From Macrostomum lignano (taxonomy: Eukaryota), in NCBI GenBank assembly GCA_002269645.1, contig NIVC01000858.1, positions 186,001 to 250,000 on the forward strand: 64,000 nucleotides of DNA. Reading direction: 5' to 3'. Of this stretch, positions 12,574-27,703 are shown piece after piece. Every line of letters begins with the position of its first letter. The first letter of the stretch is position 1. The translations under genes and the position numbers were made by a program. The notes beneath the pieces are model-generated. The model saw only the letters and a list, made by a program, of their open reading frames with translations, did no database searches and was not told where the DNA came from.

Positions 12574-15500
12574 CTGTGCATGTCATAAACTGGGATGGGG
12601 CATACTGTGCATGTCATGAACTGGGATGGGGCATACTGTGCATGTCATGAACTGGGATGGGGCATACTGTGCATGTCATGAACTGGGATGGGGCATACTG
12701 TGCATGTCATGAACTGGGATGGGGCATACTGTGCATGTCATGAACTGGGATGGGGCATACTGTGCATGTCATGAACTGGGATGGGGCATACTGTGCATGT
12801 CATGAACTGGGATGGGGCATACTGTGCATGTCATGAACTGGGATGGGGCATACTGTGCATGTCATGAACTGGGATGGGGCATACTGTGCATGTCATGAAC
12901 TGGGATGGGGCATACTGTGCATGTCATGAACTGGGATGGGGCATACTGTGCATGTCATGAACTGGGATGGGGCATACTGTGCATGTCATGAACTGGGATG
13001 GGGCATACTGTGCATGTCATGAACTGGGATGGGGCATACTGTGCATGTCATGAACTGGGATGGGGCATACTGTGCATGTCATGAACTGGGATGGGGCATA
13101 CTGTGCATGTCATGAACTGGGATGGGGCATACTGTGCATGTCATGAACTGGGATGGGGCATACTGTGCATGTCATGAACTGGGATGGGGCATACTGTGCA
13201 TGTCATGAACTGGGATGGGGCATACTGTGCATGTCATGAACTGGGATGGGGCATACTGTGCATGTCATGAACTGGGATGGGGCATACTGTGCATGTCATG
13301 AACTGGGATGGGGCATACTGTGCATGTCATGAACTGGGATGGGGCATACTGTGCATGTCATGAACTGGGATGGGGCATACTGTGCATGTCATGAACTGGG
13401 ATGGGGCATACTGTGCATGTCATGAACTGGGATGGGGCATACTGTGCATGTCATGAACTGGGATGGGGCATACTGTGCATGTCATGAACTGGGATGGGGC
13501 ATACTGTGCATGTCATGAACTGGGATGGGGCATACTGTGCATGTCATGAACTGGGATGGGGCATACTGTGCATGTCATGAACTGGGATGGGGCATACTGT
13601 GCATGTCATGAACTGGGATGGGGCATACTGTGCATGTCATGAACTGGGATGGGGCATACTGTGCATGTCATGAACTGGGATGGGGCATACTGTGCATGTC
13701 ATGAACTGGGATGGGGCATACTGTGCATGTCATGAACTGGGATGGGGCATACTGTGCATGTCATGAACTGGGATGGGGCATACTGTGCATGTCATGAACT
13801 GGGATGGGGCATACTGTGCATGTCATGAACTGGGATGGGGCATACTGTGCATGTCATGAACTGGGATGGGGCATACTGTGCATGTCATGAACTGGGATGG
13901 GGCATACTGTGCATGTCATGAACTGGGATGGGGCATACTGTGCATGTCATGAACTGGGATGGGGCATACTGTGCATGTCATGAACTGGGATGGGGCATAC
14001 TGTGCATGTCATGAACTGGGATGGGGCATACTGTGCATGTCATGAACTGGGATGGGGCATACTGTGCATGTCATGAACTGGGATGGGGCATACTGTGCAT
14101 GTCATGAACTGGGATGGGGCATACTGTGCATGTCATGAACTGGGATGGGGCATACTGTGCATGTCATGAACTGGGATGGGGCATACTGTGCATGTCATGA
14201 ACTGGGATGGGGCATACTGTGCATGTCATGAACTGGGATGGGGCATACTGTGCATGTCATGAACTGGGATGGGGCATACTGTGCATGTCATGAACTGGGA
14301 TGGGGCATACTGTGCATGTCATGAACTGGGATGGGGCATACTGTGCATGTCATGAACTGGGATGGGGCATACTGTGCATGTCATGAACTGGGATGGGGCA
14401 TACTGTGCATGTCATGAACTGGGATGGGGCATACTGTGCATGTCATGAACTGGGATGGGGCATACTGTGCATGTCATGAACTGGGATGGGGCATACTGTG
14501 CATGTCATGAACTGGGATGGGGCATACTGTGCATGTCATGAACTGGGATGGGGCATACTGTGCATGTCATGAACTGGGATGGGGCATACTGTGCATGTCA
14601 TGAACTGGGATGGGGCATACTGTGCATGTCATGAACTGGGATGGGGCATACTGTGCATGTCATGAACTGGGATGGGGCATACTGTGCATGTCATGAACTG
14701 GGATGGGGCATACTGTGCATGTCATGAACTGGGATGGGGCATACTGTGCATGTCATGAACTGGGATGGGGCATACTGTGCATGTCATGAACTGGGATGGG
14801 GCATACTGTGCATGTCATGAACTGGGATGGGGCATACTGTGCATGTCATGAACTGGGATGGGGCATACTGTGCATGTCATGAACTGGGATGGGGCATACT
14901 GTGCATGTCATGAACTGGGATGGGGCATACTGTGCATGTCATGAACTGGGATGGGGCATACTGTGCATGTCATGAACTGGGATGGGGCATACTGTGCATG
15001 TCATGAACTGGGATGGGGCATACTGTGCATGTCATGAACTGGGATGGGGCATACTGTGCATGTCATGAACTGGGATGGGGCATACTGTGCATGTCATGAA
15101 CTGGGATGGGGCATACTGTGCATGTCATGAACTGGGATGGGGCATACTGTGCATGTCATGAACTGGGATGGGGCATACTGTGCATGTCATGAACTGGGAT
15201 GGGGCATACTGTGCATGTCATGAACTGGGATGGGGCATACTGTGCATGTCATGAACTGGGATGGGGCATACTGTGCATGTCATGAACTGGGATGGGGCAT
15301 ACTGTGCATGTCATGAACTGGGATGGGGCATACTGTGCATGTCATGAACTGGGATGGGGCATACTGTGCATGTCATGAACTGGGATGGGGCATACTGTGC
15401 ATGTCATGAACTGGGATGGGGCATACTGTGCATGTCATGAACTGGGATGGGGCATACTGTGCATGTCATGAACTGGGATGGGGCATACTGTGCATGTCAT

Positions 15501-18500
15501 GAACTGGGATGGGGCATACTGTGCATGTCATGAACTGGGATGGGGCATACTGTGCATGTCATGAACTGGGATGGGGCATACTGTGCATGTCATGAACTGG
15601 GATGGGGCATACTGTGCATGTCATGAACTGGGATGGGGCATACTGTGCATGTCATGAACTGGGATGGGGCATACTGTGCATGTCATGAACTGGGATGGGG
15701 CATACTGTGCATGTCATGAACTGGGATGGGGCATACTGTGCATGTCATGAACTGGGATGGGGCATACTGTGCATGTCATGAACTGGGATGGGGCATACTG
15801 TGCATGTCATGAACTGGGATGGGGCATACTGTGCATGTCATGAACTGGGATGGGGCATACTGTGCATGTCATGAACTGGGATGGGGCATACTGTGCATGT
15901 CATGAACTGGGATGGGGCATACTGTGCATGTCATGAACTGGGATGGGGCATACTGTGCATGTCATGAACTGGGATGGGGCATACTGTGCATGTCATGAAC
16001 TGGGATGGGGCATACTGTGCATGTCATGAACTGGGATGGGGCATACTGTGCATGTCATGAACTGGGATGGGGCATACTGTGCATGTCATGAACTGGGATG
16101 GGGCATACTGTGCATGTCATGAACTGGGATGGGGCATACTGTGCATGTCATGAACTGGGATGGGGCATACTGTGCATGTCATGAACTGGGATGGGGCATA
16201 CTGTGCATGTCATGAACTGGGATGGGGCATACTGTGCATGTCATGAACTGGGATGGGGCATACTGTGCATGTCATGAACTGGGATGGGGCATACTGTGCA
16301 TGTCATGAACTGGGATGGGGCATACTGTGCATGTCATGAACTGGGATGGGGCATACTGTGCATGTCATGAACTGGGATGGGGCATACTGTGCATGTCATG
16401 AACTGGGATGGGGCATACTGTGCATGTCATGAACTGGGATGGGGCATACTGTGCATGTCATGAACTGGGATGGGGCATACTGTGCATGTCATGAACTGGG
16501 ATGGGGCATACTGTGCATGTCATGAACTGGGATGGGGCATACTGTGCATGTCATGAACTGGGATGGGGCATACTGTGCATGTCATGAACTGGGATGGGGC
16601 ATACTGTGCATGTCATGAACTGGGATGGGGCATACTGTGCATGTCATGAACTGGGATGGGGCATACTGTGCATGTCATGAACTGGGATGGGGCATACTGT
16701 GCATGTCATGAACTGGGATGGGGCATACTGTGCATGTCATGAACTGGGATGGGGCATACTGTGCATGTCATGAACTGGGATGGGGCATACTGTGCATGTC
16801 ATGAACTGGGATGGGGCATACTGTGCATGTCATGAACTGGGATGGGGCATACTGTGCATGTCATGAACTGGGATGGGGCATACTGTGCATGTCATGAACT
16901 GGGATGGGGCATACTGTGCATGTCATGAACTGGGATGGGGCATACTGTGCATGTCATGAACTGGGATGGGGCATACTGTGCATGTCATGAACTGGGATGG
17001 GGCATACTGTGCATGTCATGAACTGGGATGGGGCATACTGTGCATGTCATGAACTGGGATGGGGCATACTGTGCATGTCATGAACTGGGATGGGGCATAC
17101 TGTGCATGTCATGAACTGGGATGGGGCATACTGTGCATGTCATGAACTGGGATGGGGCATACTGTGCATGTCATGAACTGGGATGGGGCATACTGTGCAT
17201 GTCATGAACTGGGATGGGGCATACTGTGCATGTCATGAACTGGGATGGGGCATACTGTGCATGTCATGAACTGGGATGGGGCATACTGTGCATGTCATGA
17301 ACTGGGATGGGGCATACTGTGCATGTCATGAACTGGGATGGGGCATACTGTGCATGTCATGAACTGGGATGGGGCATACTGTGCATGTCATGAACTGGGA
17401 TGGGGCATACTGTGCATGTCATGAACTGGGATGGGGCATACTGTGCATGTCATGAACTGGGATGGGGCATACTGTGCATGTCATGAACTGGGATGGGGCA
17501 TACTGTGCATGTCATGAACTGGGATGGGGCATACTGTGCATGTCATGAACTGGGATGGGGCATACTGTGCATGTCATGAACTGGGATGGGGCATACTGTG
17601 CATGTCATGAACTGGGATGGGGCATACTGTGCATGTCATGAACTGGGATGGGGCATACTGTGCATGTCATGAACTGGGATGGGGCATACTGTGCATGTCA
17701 TGAACTGGGATGGGGCATACTGTGCATGTCATGAACTGGGATGGGGCATACTGTGCATGTCATGAACTGGGATGGGGCATACTGTGCATGTCATGAACTG
17801 GGATGGGGCATACTGTGCATGTCATGAACTGGGATGGGGCATACTGTGCATGTCATGAACTGGGATGGGGCATACTGTGCATGTCATGAACTGGGATGGG
17901 GCATACTGTGCATGTCATGAACTGGGATGGGGCATACTGTGCATGTCATGAACTGGGATGGGGCATACTGTGCATGTCATGAACTGGGATGGGGCATACT
18001 GTGCATGTCATGAACTGGGATGGGGCATACTGTGCATGTCATGAACTGGGATGGGGCATACTGTGCATGTCATGAACTGGGATGGGGCATACTGTGCATG
18101 TCATGAACTGGGATGGGGCATACTGTGCATGTCATGAACTGGGATGGGGCATACTGTGCATGTCATGAACTGGGATGGGGCATACTGTGCATGTCATGAA
18201 CTGGGATGGGGCATACTGTGCATGTCATGAACTGGGATGGGGCATACTGTGCATGTCATGAACTGGGATGGGGCATACTGTGCATGTCATGAACTGGGAT
18301 GGGGCATACTGTGCATGTCATGAACTGGGATGGGGCATACTGTGCATGTCATGAACTGGGATGGGGCATACTGTGCATGTCATGAACTGGGATGGGGCAT
18401 ACTGTGCATGTCATGAACTGGGATGGGGCATACTGTGCATGTCATGAACTGGGATGGGGCATACTGTGCATGTCATGAACTGGGATGGGGCATACTGTGC

Positions 18501-21500
18501 ATGTCATGAACTGGGATGGGGCATACTGTGCATGTCATGAACTGGGATGGGGCATACTGTGCATGTCATGAACTGGGATGGGGCATACTGTGCATGTCAT
18601 GAACTGGGATGGGGCATACTGTGCATGTCATGAACTGGGATGGGGCATACTGTGCATGTCATGAACTGGGATGGGGCATACTGTGCATGTCATGAACTGG
18701 GATGGGGCATACTGTGCATGTCATGAACTGGGATGGGGCATACTGTGCATGTCATGAACTGGGATGGGGCATACTGTGCATGTCATGAACTGGGATGGGG
18801 CATACTGTGCATGTCATGAACTGGGATGGGGCATACTGTGCATGTCATGAACTGGGATGGGGCATACTGTGCATGTCATGAACTGGGATGGGGCATACTG
18901 TGCATGTCATGAACTGGGATGGGGCATACTGTGCATGTCATGAACTGGGATGGGGCATACTGTGCATGTCATGAACTGGGATGGGGCATACTGTGCATGT
19001 CATGAACTGGGATGGGGCATACTGTGCATGTCATGAACTGGGATGGGGCATACTGTGCATGTCATGAACTGGGATGGGGCATACTGTGCATGTCATGAAC
19101 TGGGATGGGGCATACTGTGCATGTCATGAACTGGGATGGGGCATACTGTGCATGTCATGAACTGGGATGGGGCATACTGTGCATGTCATGAACTGGGATG
19201 GGGCATACTGTGCATGTCATGAACTGGGATGGGGCATACTGTGCATGTCATGAACTGGGATGGGGCATACTGTGCATGTCATGAACTGGGATGGGGCATA
19301 CTGTGCATGTCATGAACTGGGATGGGGCATACTGTGCATGTCATGAACTGGGATGGGGCATACTGTGCATGTCATGAACTGGGATGGGGCATACTGTGCA
19401 TGTCATGAACTGGGATGGGGCATACTGTGCATGTCATGAACTGGGATGGGGCATACTGTGCATGTCATGAACTGGGATGGGGCATACTGTGCATGTCATG
19501 AACTGGGATGGGGCATACTGTGCATGTCATGAACTGGGATGGGGCATACTGTGCATGTCATGAACTGGGATGGGGCATACTGTGCATGTCATGAACTGGG
19601 ATGGGGCATACTGTGCATGTCATGAACTGGGATGGGGCATACTGTGCATGTCATGAACTGGGATGGGGCATACTGTGCATGTCATGAACTGGGATGGGGC
19701 ATACTGTGCATGTCATGAACTGGGATGGGGCATACTGTGCATGTCATGAACTGGGATGGGGCATACTGTGCATGTCATGAACTGGGATGGGGCATACTGT
19801 GCATGTCATGAACTGGGATGGGGCATACTGTGCATGTCATGAACTGGGATGGGGCATACTGTGCATGTCATGAACTGGGATGGGGCATACTGTGCATGTC
19901 ATGAACTGGGATGGGGCATACTGTGCATGTCATGAACTGGGATGGGGCATACTGTGCATGTCATGAACTGGGATGGGGCATACTGTGCATGTCATGAACT
20001 GGGATGGGGCATACTGTGCATGTCATGAACTGGGATGGGGCATACTGTGCATGTCATGAACTGGGATGGGGCATACTGTGCATGTCATGAACTGGGATGG
20101 GGCATACTGTGCATGTCATGAACTGGGATGGGGCATACTGTGCATGTCATGAACTGGGATGGGGCATACTGTGCATGTCATGAACTGGGATGGGGCATAC
20201 TGTGCATGTCATGAACTGGGATGGGGCATACTGTGCATGTCATGAACTGGGATGGGGCATACTGTGCATGTCATGAACTGGGATGGGGCATACTGTGCAT
20301 GTCATGAACTGGGATGGGGCATACTGTGCATGTCATGAACTGGGATGGGGCATACTGTGCATGTCATGAACTGGGATGGGGCATACTGTGCATGTCATGA
20401 ACTGGGATGGGGCATACTGTGCATGTCATGAACTGGGATGGGGCATACTGTGCATGTCATGAACTGGGATGGGGCATACTGTGCATGTCATGAACTGGGA
20501 TGGGGCATACTGTGCATGTCATGAACTGGGATGGGGCATACTGTGCATGTCATGAACTGGGATGGGGCATACTGTGCATGTCATGAACTGGGATGGGGCA
20601 TACTGTGCATGTCATGAACTGGGATGGGGCATACTGTGCATGTCATGAACTGGGATGGGGCATACTGTGCATGTCATGAACTGGGATGGGGCATACTGTG
20701 CATGTCATGAACTGGGATGGGGCATACTGTGCATGTCATGAACTGGGATGGGGCATACTGTGCATGTCATGAACTGGGATGGGGCATACTGTGCATGTCA
20801 TGAACTGGGATGGGGCATACTGTGCATGTCATGAACTGGGATGGGGCATACTGTGCATGTCATGAACTGGGATGGGGCATACTGTGCATGTCATGAACTG
20901 GGATGGGGCATACTGTGCATGTCATGAACTGGGATGGGGCATACTGTGCATGTCATGAACTGGGATGGGGCATACTGTGCATGTCATGAACTGGGATGGG
21001 GCATACTGTGCATGTCATGAACTGGGATGGGGCATACTGTGCATGTCATGAACTGGGATGGGGCATACTGTGCATGTCATGAACTGGGATGGGGCATACT
21101 GTGCATGTCATGAACTGGGATGGGGCATACTGTGCATGTCATGAACTGGGATGGGGCATACTGTGCATGTCATGAACTGGGATGGGGCATACTGTGCATG
21201 TCATGAACTGGGATGGGGCATACTGTGCATGTCATGAACTGGGATGGGGCATACTGTGCATGTCATGAACTGGGATGGGGCATACTGTGCATGTCATGAA
21301 CTGGGATGGGGCATACTGTGCATGTCATGAACTGGGATGGGGCATACTGTGCATGTCATGAACTGGGATGGGGCATACTGTGCATGTCATGAACTGGGAT
21401 GGGGCATACTGTGCATGTCATGAACTGGGATGGGGCATACTGTGCATGTCATGAACTGGGATGGGGCATACTGTGCATGTCATGAACTGGGATGGGGCAT

Positions 21501-22564
21501 ACTGTGCATGTCATGAACTGGGATGGGGCATACTGTGCATGTCATGAACTGGGATGGGGCATACTGTGCATGTCATGAACTGGGATGGGGCATACTGTGC
21601 ATGTCATGAACTGGGATGGGGCATACTGTGCATGTCATGAACTGGGATGGGGCATACTGTGCATGTCATGAACTGGGATGGGGCATACTGTGCATGTCAT
21701 GAACTGGGATGGGGCATACTGTGCATGTCATGAACTGGGATGGGGCATACTGTGCATGTCATGAACTGGGATGGGGCATACTGTGCATGTCATGAACTGG
21801 GATGGGGCATACTGTGCATGTCATGAACTGGGATGGGGCATACTGTGCATGTCATGAACTGGGATGGGGCATACTGTGCATGTCATGAACTGGGATGGGG
21901 CATACTGTGCATGTCATGAACTGGGATGGGGCATACTGTGCATGTCATGAACTGGGATGGGGCATACTGTGCATGTCATGAACTGGGATGGGGCATACTG
22001 TGCATGTCATGAACTGGGATGGGGCATACTGTGCATGTCATGAACTGGGATGGGGCATACTGTGCATGTCATGAACTGGGATGGGGCATACTGTGCATGT
22101 CATGAACTGGGATGGGGCATACTGTGCATGTCATGAACTGGGATGGGGCATACTGTGCATGTCATGAACTGGGATGGGGCATACTGTGCATGTCATGAAC
22201 TGGGATGGGGCATACTGTGCATGTCATGAACTGGGATGGGGCATACTGTGCATGTCATGAACTGGGATGGGGCATACTGTGCATGTCATGAACTGGGATG
22301 GGGCATACTGTGCATGTCATGAACTGGGATGGGGCATACTGTGCATGTCATGAACTGGGATGGGGCATACTGTGCATGTCATGAACTGGGATGGGGCATA
22401 CTGTGCATGTCATGAACTGGGATGGGGCATACTGTGCATGTCATGAACTGGGATGGGGCATACTGTGCATGTCATGAACTGGGATGGGGCATACTGTGCA
22501 TGTCATGAACTGGGATGGGGCATACTGTGCATGTCATGAACTGGGATGGGGCATACTGTGCATG
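12574..22564. repeat. 31-bp satellite GAACTGGGATGGGGCATACTGTGCATGTCAT, about 322 apparently identical copies (10 kb)
   Basis: Direct reading. I saw no variant units except at the two ends. Confidence 0.98.
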
Positions 22565-23599
22565 AGTTTAATAGAACATGGCGATCCCTACTCACCCGAG
22601 TCGAAAGCCGACCTTTTAAATTTTTAAATTTCAGGGCAGCAGCACCGTTACTATTTAGGCTAGCCCTTCTCCGAGGCAAGGAAACTTGGAAATTATTAAC
22701 AGCTAATCGGCGCTTCAAGCCCTGCTTTGCCAGCCCGCGCTGGCTACAATAGCGGCCAAAGTTAAGCAGCTGCCTGCCAATTCATTTTGCTGCTGCTCAG
22801 AGCGCAGGCTGCACACGGCTGAGGTGAGGGGCGGGGCGCCGCTGTCTTGTACGCGCGAACGCACCCGGCTGGATGTCTTGTCTGCCGTCTTTGCTTTAGT
22901 TCTCTTTCCCTGGCAGTCCCGGCCTGCGCGCTCTGCTCAACACAGCTCAGAACTAATTGATGCTGCGCATATTGGCCGGCCGGGATGTAGGCCCGCTGCT
23001 TCTCCCGGGATCCCGCAAGGAGCTGCCTTGGAGCCTTCCTCCCAGCCGCTTCCCCGTGGCTGTCTGGATGCTGTTGCCAGTGGCAACGGGAGGGTAGACT
23101 TGGGCCGAGCCGCTCCATCCTCGCTGCTTCCCGCGGCTGGCCGAAGCTCAGCCCTGCTTTTTGCTTTTTCTTTGTTTCCTTTGCTTCATCGCCGCACAGG
23201 GGAGGGCGCGGCGGTGACGGTTGTCTGGGGCACCGGAGGCAGGGAAACAATGGTGGGGTTGGGTTGGGTGAGTGGCGGCTCTCAGCTATGAGAAAAATTT
23301 TAATGCAATGCCAAGTTTAGCTTTGTATTGACTTTCAGCAGCTATAAAAAGCTTAAAGTTTTAACAAAAGTAACTCTGGAAGGCCGGGGCTCCATAAAAT
23401 TGTGAATTTGAGTTCGCAGTCGTTTTATATTCAGTTTTATTATTTAAAATTTGCATAATTCTGTGGAAAGGGAAATATAAAATGTTCTCCAGACCAGCCT
23501 ATAATTTTTATAAAAGCACTACTAACGCTATAAGAGTAGTAAATTCGTGTTTCAATTTGTTTTGTTGCTGACTTAATTGCCTTGACTTAGCTGCAGGGG

Positions 23600-24580
23600 G
23601 CGTCCGGCGGATGCAGCGAGGAGGCGGAGGAGACCGCCTATTCCGCTAGCCCCTGGCGACCAATGACTTCCATCGAAGCGATGTCGCTCAGGGGGACCCG
23701 TCGGTCTCGCCTGCAGCGCTGTCCTCCTCACCGGCGGTGGGGAAGAACTCAGCTCGTCCCGTGTCCCTGAGGTACCGGGCGAGCAGCGGGATGCTCTCGG
23801 GCCTGCAAACGTCGGAGAGAACCGGGTTTGGCCCGAGGTGAGTGAGCCTGGCCCTGGTGAAAACCGGGCAGTGGCAGATGCTCGGCGTTTTCACTGCCTG
23901 AGCGGCAGAAGGGGCACCGCTCCTCGGGTACTTGGCCCTGAAGGAAACGGTGGCGAGAGAAGCAGCCATGCCCGGAGAGGGCCATGCTGACTGCTCTGAG
24001 GTCTCTGTGGTTGAGCCTGAGGAGGGCTCTACGCAGGAGAGGAGAGGGGCAGGGGACGGCCGCCCGGGATTGCCTACAATTCCGGGTGTCGTGCCACTTG
24101 CGGAGATGCTCGGAGTCAGTCCAGCGCTTAACGCGGGAGTTGATCACCGAGGCGGGGATGGGGGCTCCCGGGCCCGGCCCCAGCAGCGCGCCGGCGGAGC
24201 CAGCCTTGGTCAGCAGGTCGGCGCGCTCGTTGCCGAGGAACGCCGTGGCCAGGGATCCATCTGAGCTCCACCTGGTTGCCTAGCGCAAGCCCGTTGAGCT
24301 GGTGTTGCAGTCCAGGACGGACCTGGAGCTGGTGGTGCAGCGGCAGAGGGCCCGAAGGGCTGCTTGGCTGTCAGAGTGAAAATTAAATTTCCGACCGCTA
24401 AGCTGCCTTCGGCGCAGCTCTGCCGCGCAGGAGCTGATGGCAAGCACCTCGCTCTGAAAAACACTGGAGTTGAGCCCAGTGTGCTGGGACTGGGAGTAGC
24501 TCCACACCACTTCTCCCTTGAAGAAGACGCAAGCTCCGAAGCATGAAAGACAATGCCTCATAGAGCCGTCAGTGTAACAG
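23600..24580 (-). mobile_element. 5'-truncated non-LTR retrotransposon remnant: RNase H domain plus C-terminal Cys/His knuckle, frameshifted
   Basis: CYTDGS..SVFQSEVLAI..FHSDSQAAL..VELRWIPGH matches the non-LTR RNase H motif order. It is followed by LSGHGCF.RH and CPFC..ENAEHL. No RT domain upstream. Confidence 0.85.
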
Positions 24581-27500
24581 GTTTTGTTGCTGAAAAAAAT
24601 CAATTTACTGCACGATTGGGTTCTGCAAGCATTGACCTCTCCTCAATGTTGCCACCTAACCTAAATTATGGCAGCCAATTGTGTGTCCGTATGATAGAAA
24701 TCTGTGACCATAAAAGCCACTTAATAATCCTTCAAATACATCAAGTCTAAAATTTCGATGCAACCCATCAGTCAGCTTCTAGTTGTTTCAGACCAAACTG
24801 ACGATCTCTGGTCGACATCGTCCAGCTTCCGCATGACTTATTAAAGGATTCAAAGCAGATCTGCAGCCAAAACCTGCTGCAATCGAGAACTTCCTTCCCG
24901 GCTGCTTCTTTATCCCACGAGAGCCAAAGACGGGGGCCTGAATGGGGTATAGAGTCGCCAACTTTGGCCGGAGCCTTACTGTAGGTTGTGGGCTACACTC
25001 CAGTGCTGTAGTGGATTTCCAAGGCCGAGTGCTCTTCGCTCATACATGCGCAACACCTGGCCGGCTGGCGAGAGACCCAGCCGACGTAAGTCACAAAAAT
25101 GCCTACCGGAAAGACGCAGAACTAATTAGGTGACAAGGTATTTAGCCTTAATAATAGTTATAATTACTTGCCATATACCCAAAATTACATTGATTATGCT
25201 CAAGCTTCTTCCATATGTAAGTCGCAACTCGCAAGTCACACAGCCGGTGTAAATCTGGGTGGTTGCGCATGTATGCTCTTCATGAAAGAATAGTAAAAAA
25301 CACCTGAGCAGATTTTTTTTGAATTAACAATGGAATGCAAAAAACGTGACAATGGAGCAACCAAGCTTTGTATATTTTATTCAAATGCAGAATGAACTCA
25401 TTGTAAAAATGCGTTATCTAAAAAGAATGCAATAAAAAAGCAATGAGTATGAGAAAAAGCTCGTCATGAAGTCTGGAAAACACAGGCGACCCGAACAATA
25501 AGCAGATTAGCAGGCAGCAAGCCGGTTACCAGCAGACCGAGAATCAATCAGCCTCGCCACTTCTGAAATAAAATGGGGATAATTTTTTGTGAGTAACTTG
25601 CATTGATAACCGCTATAGCAAATACAAAAGAGTAGATTTTGACTTTAATAATCAGCAGTTTTGGTATTTATTGAATTGTCTTCAGCGAGATTGCAGAAGC
25701 AGAACTGGAAACATCATTTTAGATATTTAAAATAAGCTGAGCATTGCTCTCTGTCAGCCAAATGACTAAAGGACAGCTCATTTGTATGCAAACTGGAGAT
25801 GGCCCTAGCGTTTTGGCATGAACAATATTGCACAGATACGACACCAAGGATAGCATAAGATAAGCCACCCCAGCTCTAAACTGTGCTGGAAAGCAAAACA
25901 AAATGTCAGTTACCTCAATTGCATGATGTAGTGGCTGAGAACAGCTCTTGACACCTGGAAATACAGAAAAGGAAAGAGATGACACTAGTGATGATGGAAA
26001 AACATTACAAAAATGCAATCTAAGAGTAATTGAGTCAGCAATTTAATTTTTAATTGTCTTCAGAAATGTACAGAAGCAGAACTGGAGACATCATGCATAT
26101 TAAATAAATAAATAAAAGTTATAAATTTTATCAACTTATGAATATGAGCTATTTAATGAATTATATTTGTTTGTCAAACCATTAAAGAATAAAGTGGCAT
26201 AACAAAATGATGCCAATTATATACATATAAGGAAGACAACTGCTTATATAGCACAGTTACGACACCAAATATGTAATTAATAGTTACAGCTTGGTTGAAA
26301 TGCTGTGCCAAAAAGTCTACCAAAAAGTCAATTGTTCTAGAGAACAATATGATCTAAATAGTAGCAAAAAATGAACTAATTAAGCATCTAAATGGAGCTA
26401 TTAATGCCAAAATAAATTTATTGGTTTATGAAAAAAACTTTTGGAATGCCTTTTATGAGGGCTTATTATATGACTAGGACTAGTTGGTGATAACTGTTAC
26501 CAAGCAAATAACCATTAATCCATTATTGGTAACAAAGCAAATTTATGAAGTTCTATTAATATGAAGCCTCTATCTATATATCTTATCTGTATAGTAGGCC
26601 TTAATGTTCCACCCACACTCCAGATCATGTAGTATATGCCCAAAAATTTAGGCATACATTGGCCTTGCATGCCAAAATTAGGCATGCACAATTGGTGTGC
26701 ATCACTCTTAAGAAAATAGTATGTGTGCATACCTGGCATGCACTTTATAGAATCACGAATAAAAGTTATCGTGAAGTTGAAAAAAGATGAAGAAAGTTCA
26801 TTTATAGGCACAAATTTCAAGCTTTCCAGTTTTTTAAGCTTGTAAAAAAGCATTTAAACAAATCTTTGCATATATAAATTTTCTGCTGTAAAAAGTATTG
26901 CCAAAAAGCATAAAAAGCAACCAAATTATCTGGTAAAAAGAGTCTATTACACAATTTAAAAATGGTATTTTATTGTCACAACATAAAAAATATCATTTAT
27001 TATTGTAACACCAACGTATTTTTGAAAATGGGTGTGCATTACATTTTTTCAATGTACAATTGTAATTATTCAATTTTTGTTCAGGCGTGCATCCAGCATG
27101 ATCTAGACTATGTTGTTCCACCATAGCTATAACTATGGCTATGGGATCCTATGTGTATGGCAAATATGATAAAATAGGTGCCTATGGCAATTATAAATAT
27201 GCTTATAATACTAATAAATAGCTACTTTTTTGACTATGACTATGGAAATATGGTAGTTGCTATTATATTCTATAGATTTCCATGGCTATAGCCATAGTTA
27301 TTAATTTAAAAATTATAAATATTAGTAACAGGTAGAGAAAAACAAAGATACCTTGGTAAACTATATTATAGACTTAAAAACTTATGAATTATACCTAATA
27401 AATTCTGGTAGAATAGCACGCTTGATAATGAGAAGTAAAAGAAAGGAGATTGCGAGCATTTTCATTAGAACGACATGTTTCACCTAACTTTAGGCATCAT

Positions 27501-27633
27501 TGGGCAGATTGGAATTTATTTAATTTAAGTCAAAACATAGAGTATAAATACATTTCAGTGGCAGATAGTCAGTGATGCACAAAATTGTAATAACAAAACA
27601 CGGGGGGAGTCAACAGATCAAACTGAGACAGAT

Positions 27634-27685
<52 letters not shown>
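27634..27685. repeat. (GA)n microsatellite
   Basis: Direct reading. Confidence 0.95.
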
Positions 27686-27703
27686 CCAGGTAGTGGGTGT
27701 ACG

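Noticed and set aside
22762-23291. ORFs of 155-162 aa as a gene or gag-like protein
   Set aside because: Overlapping GC-rich ORFs on both strands, with no motif and no phase-compatible splice into the orphan gene.
26515-26853. Sola-like DNA transposase C-terminus (FVP..PGMHTYYF)
   Set aside because: Single weak motif with no catalytic motifs upstream.
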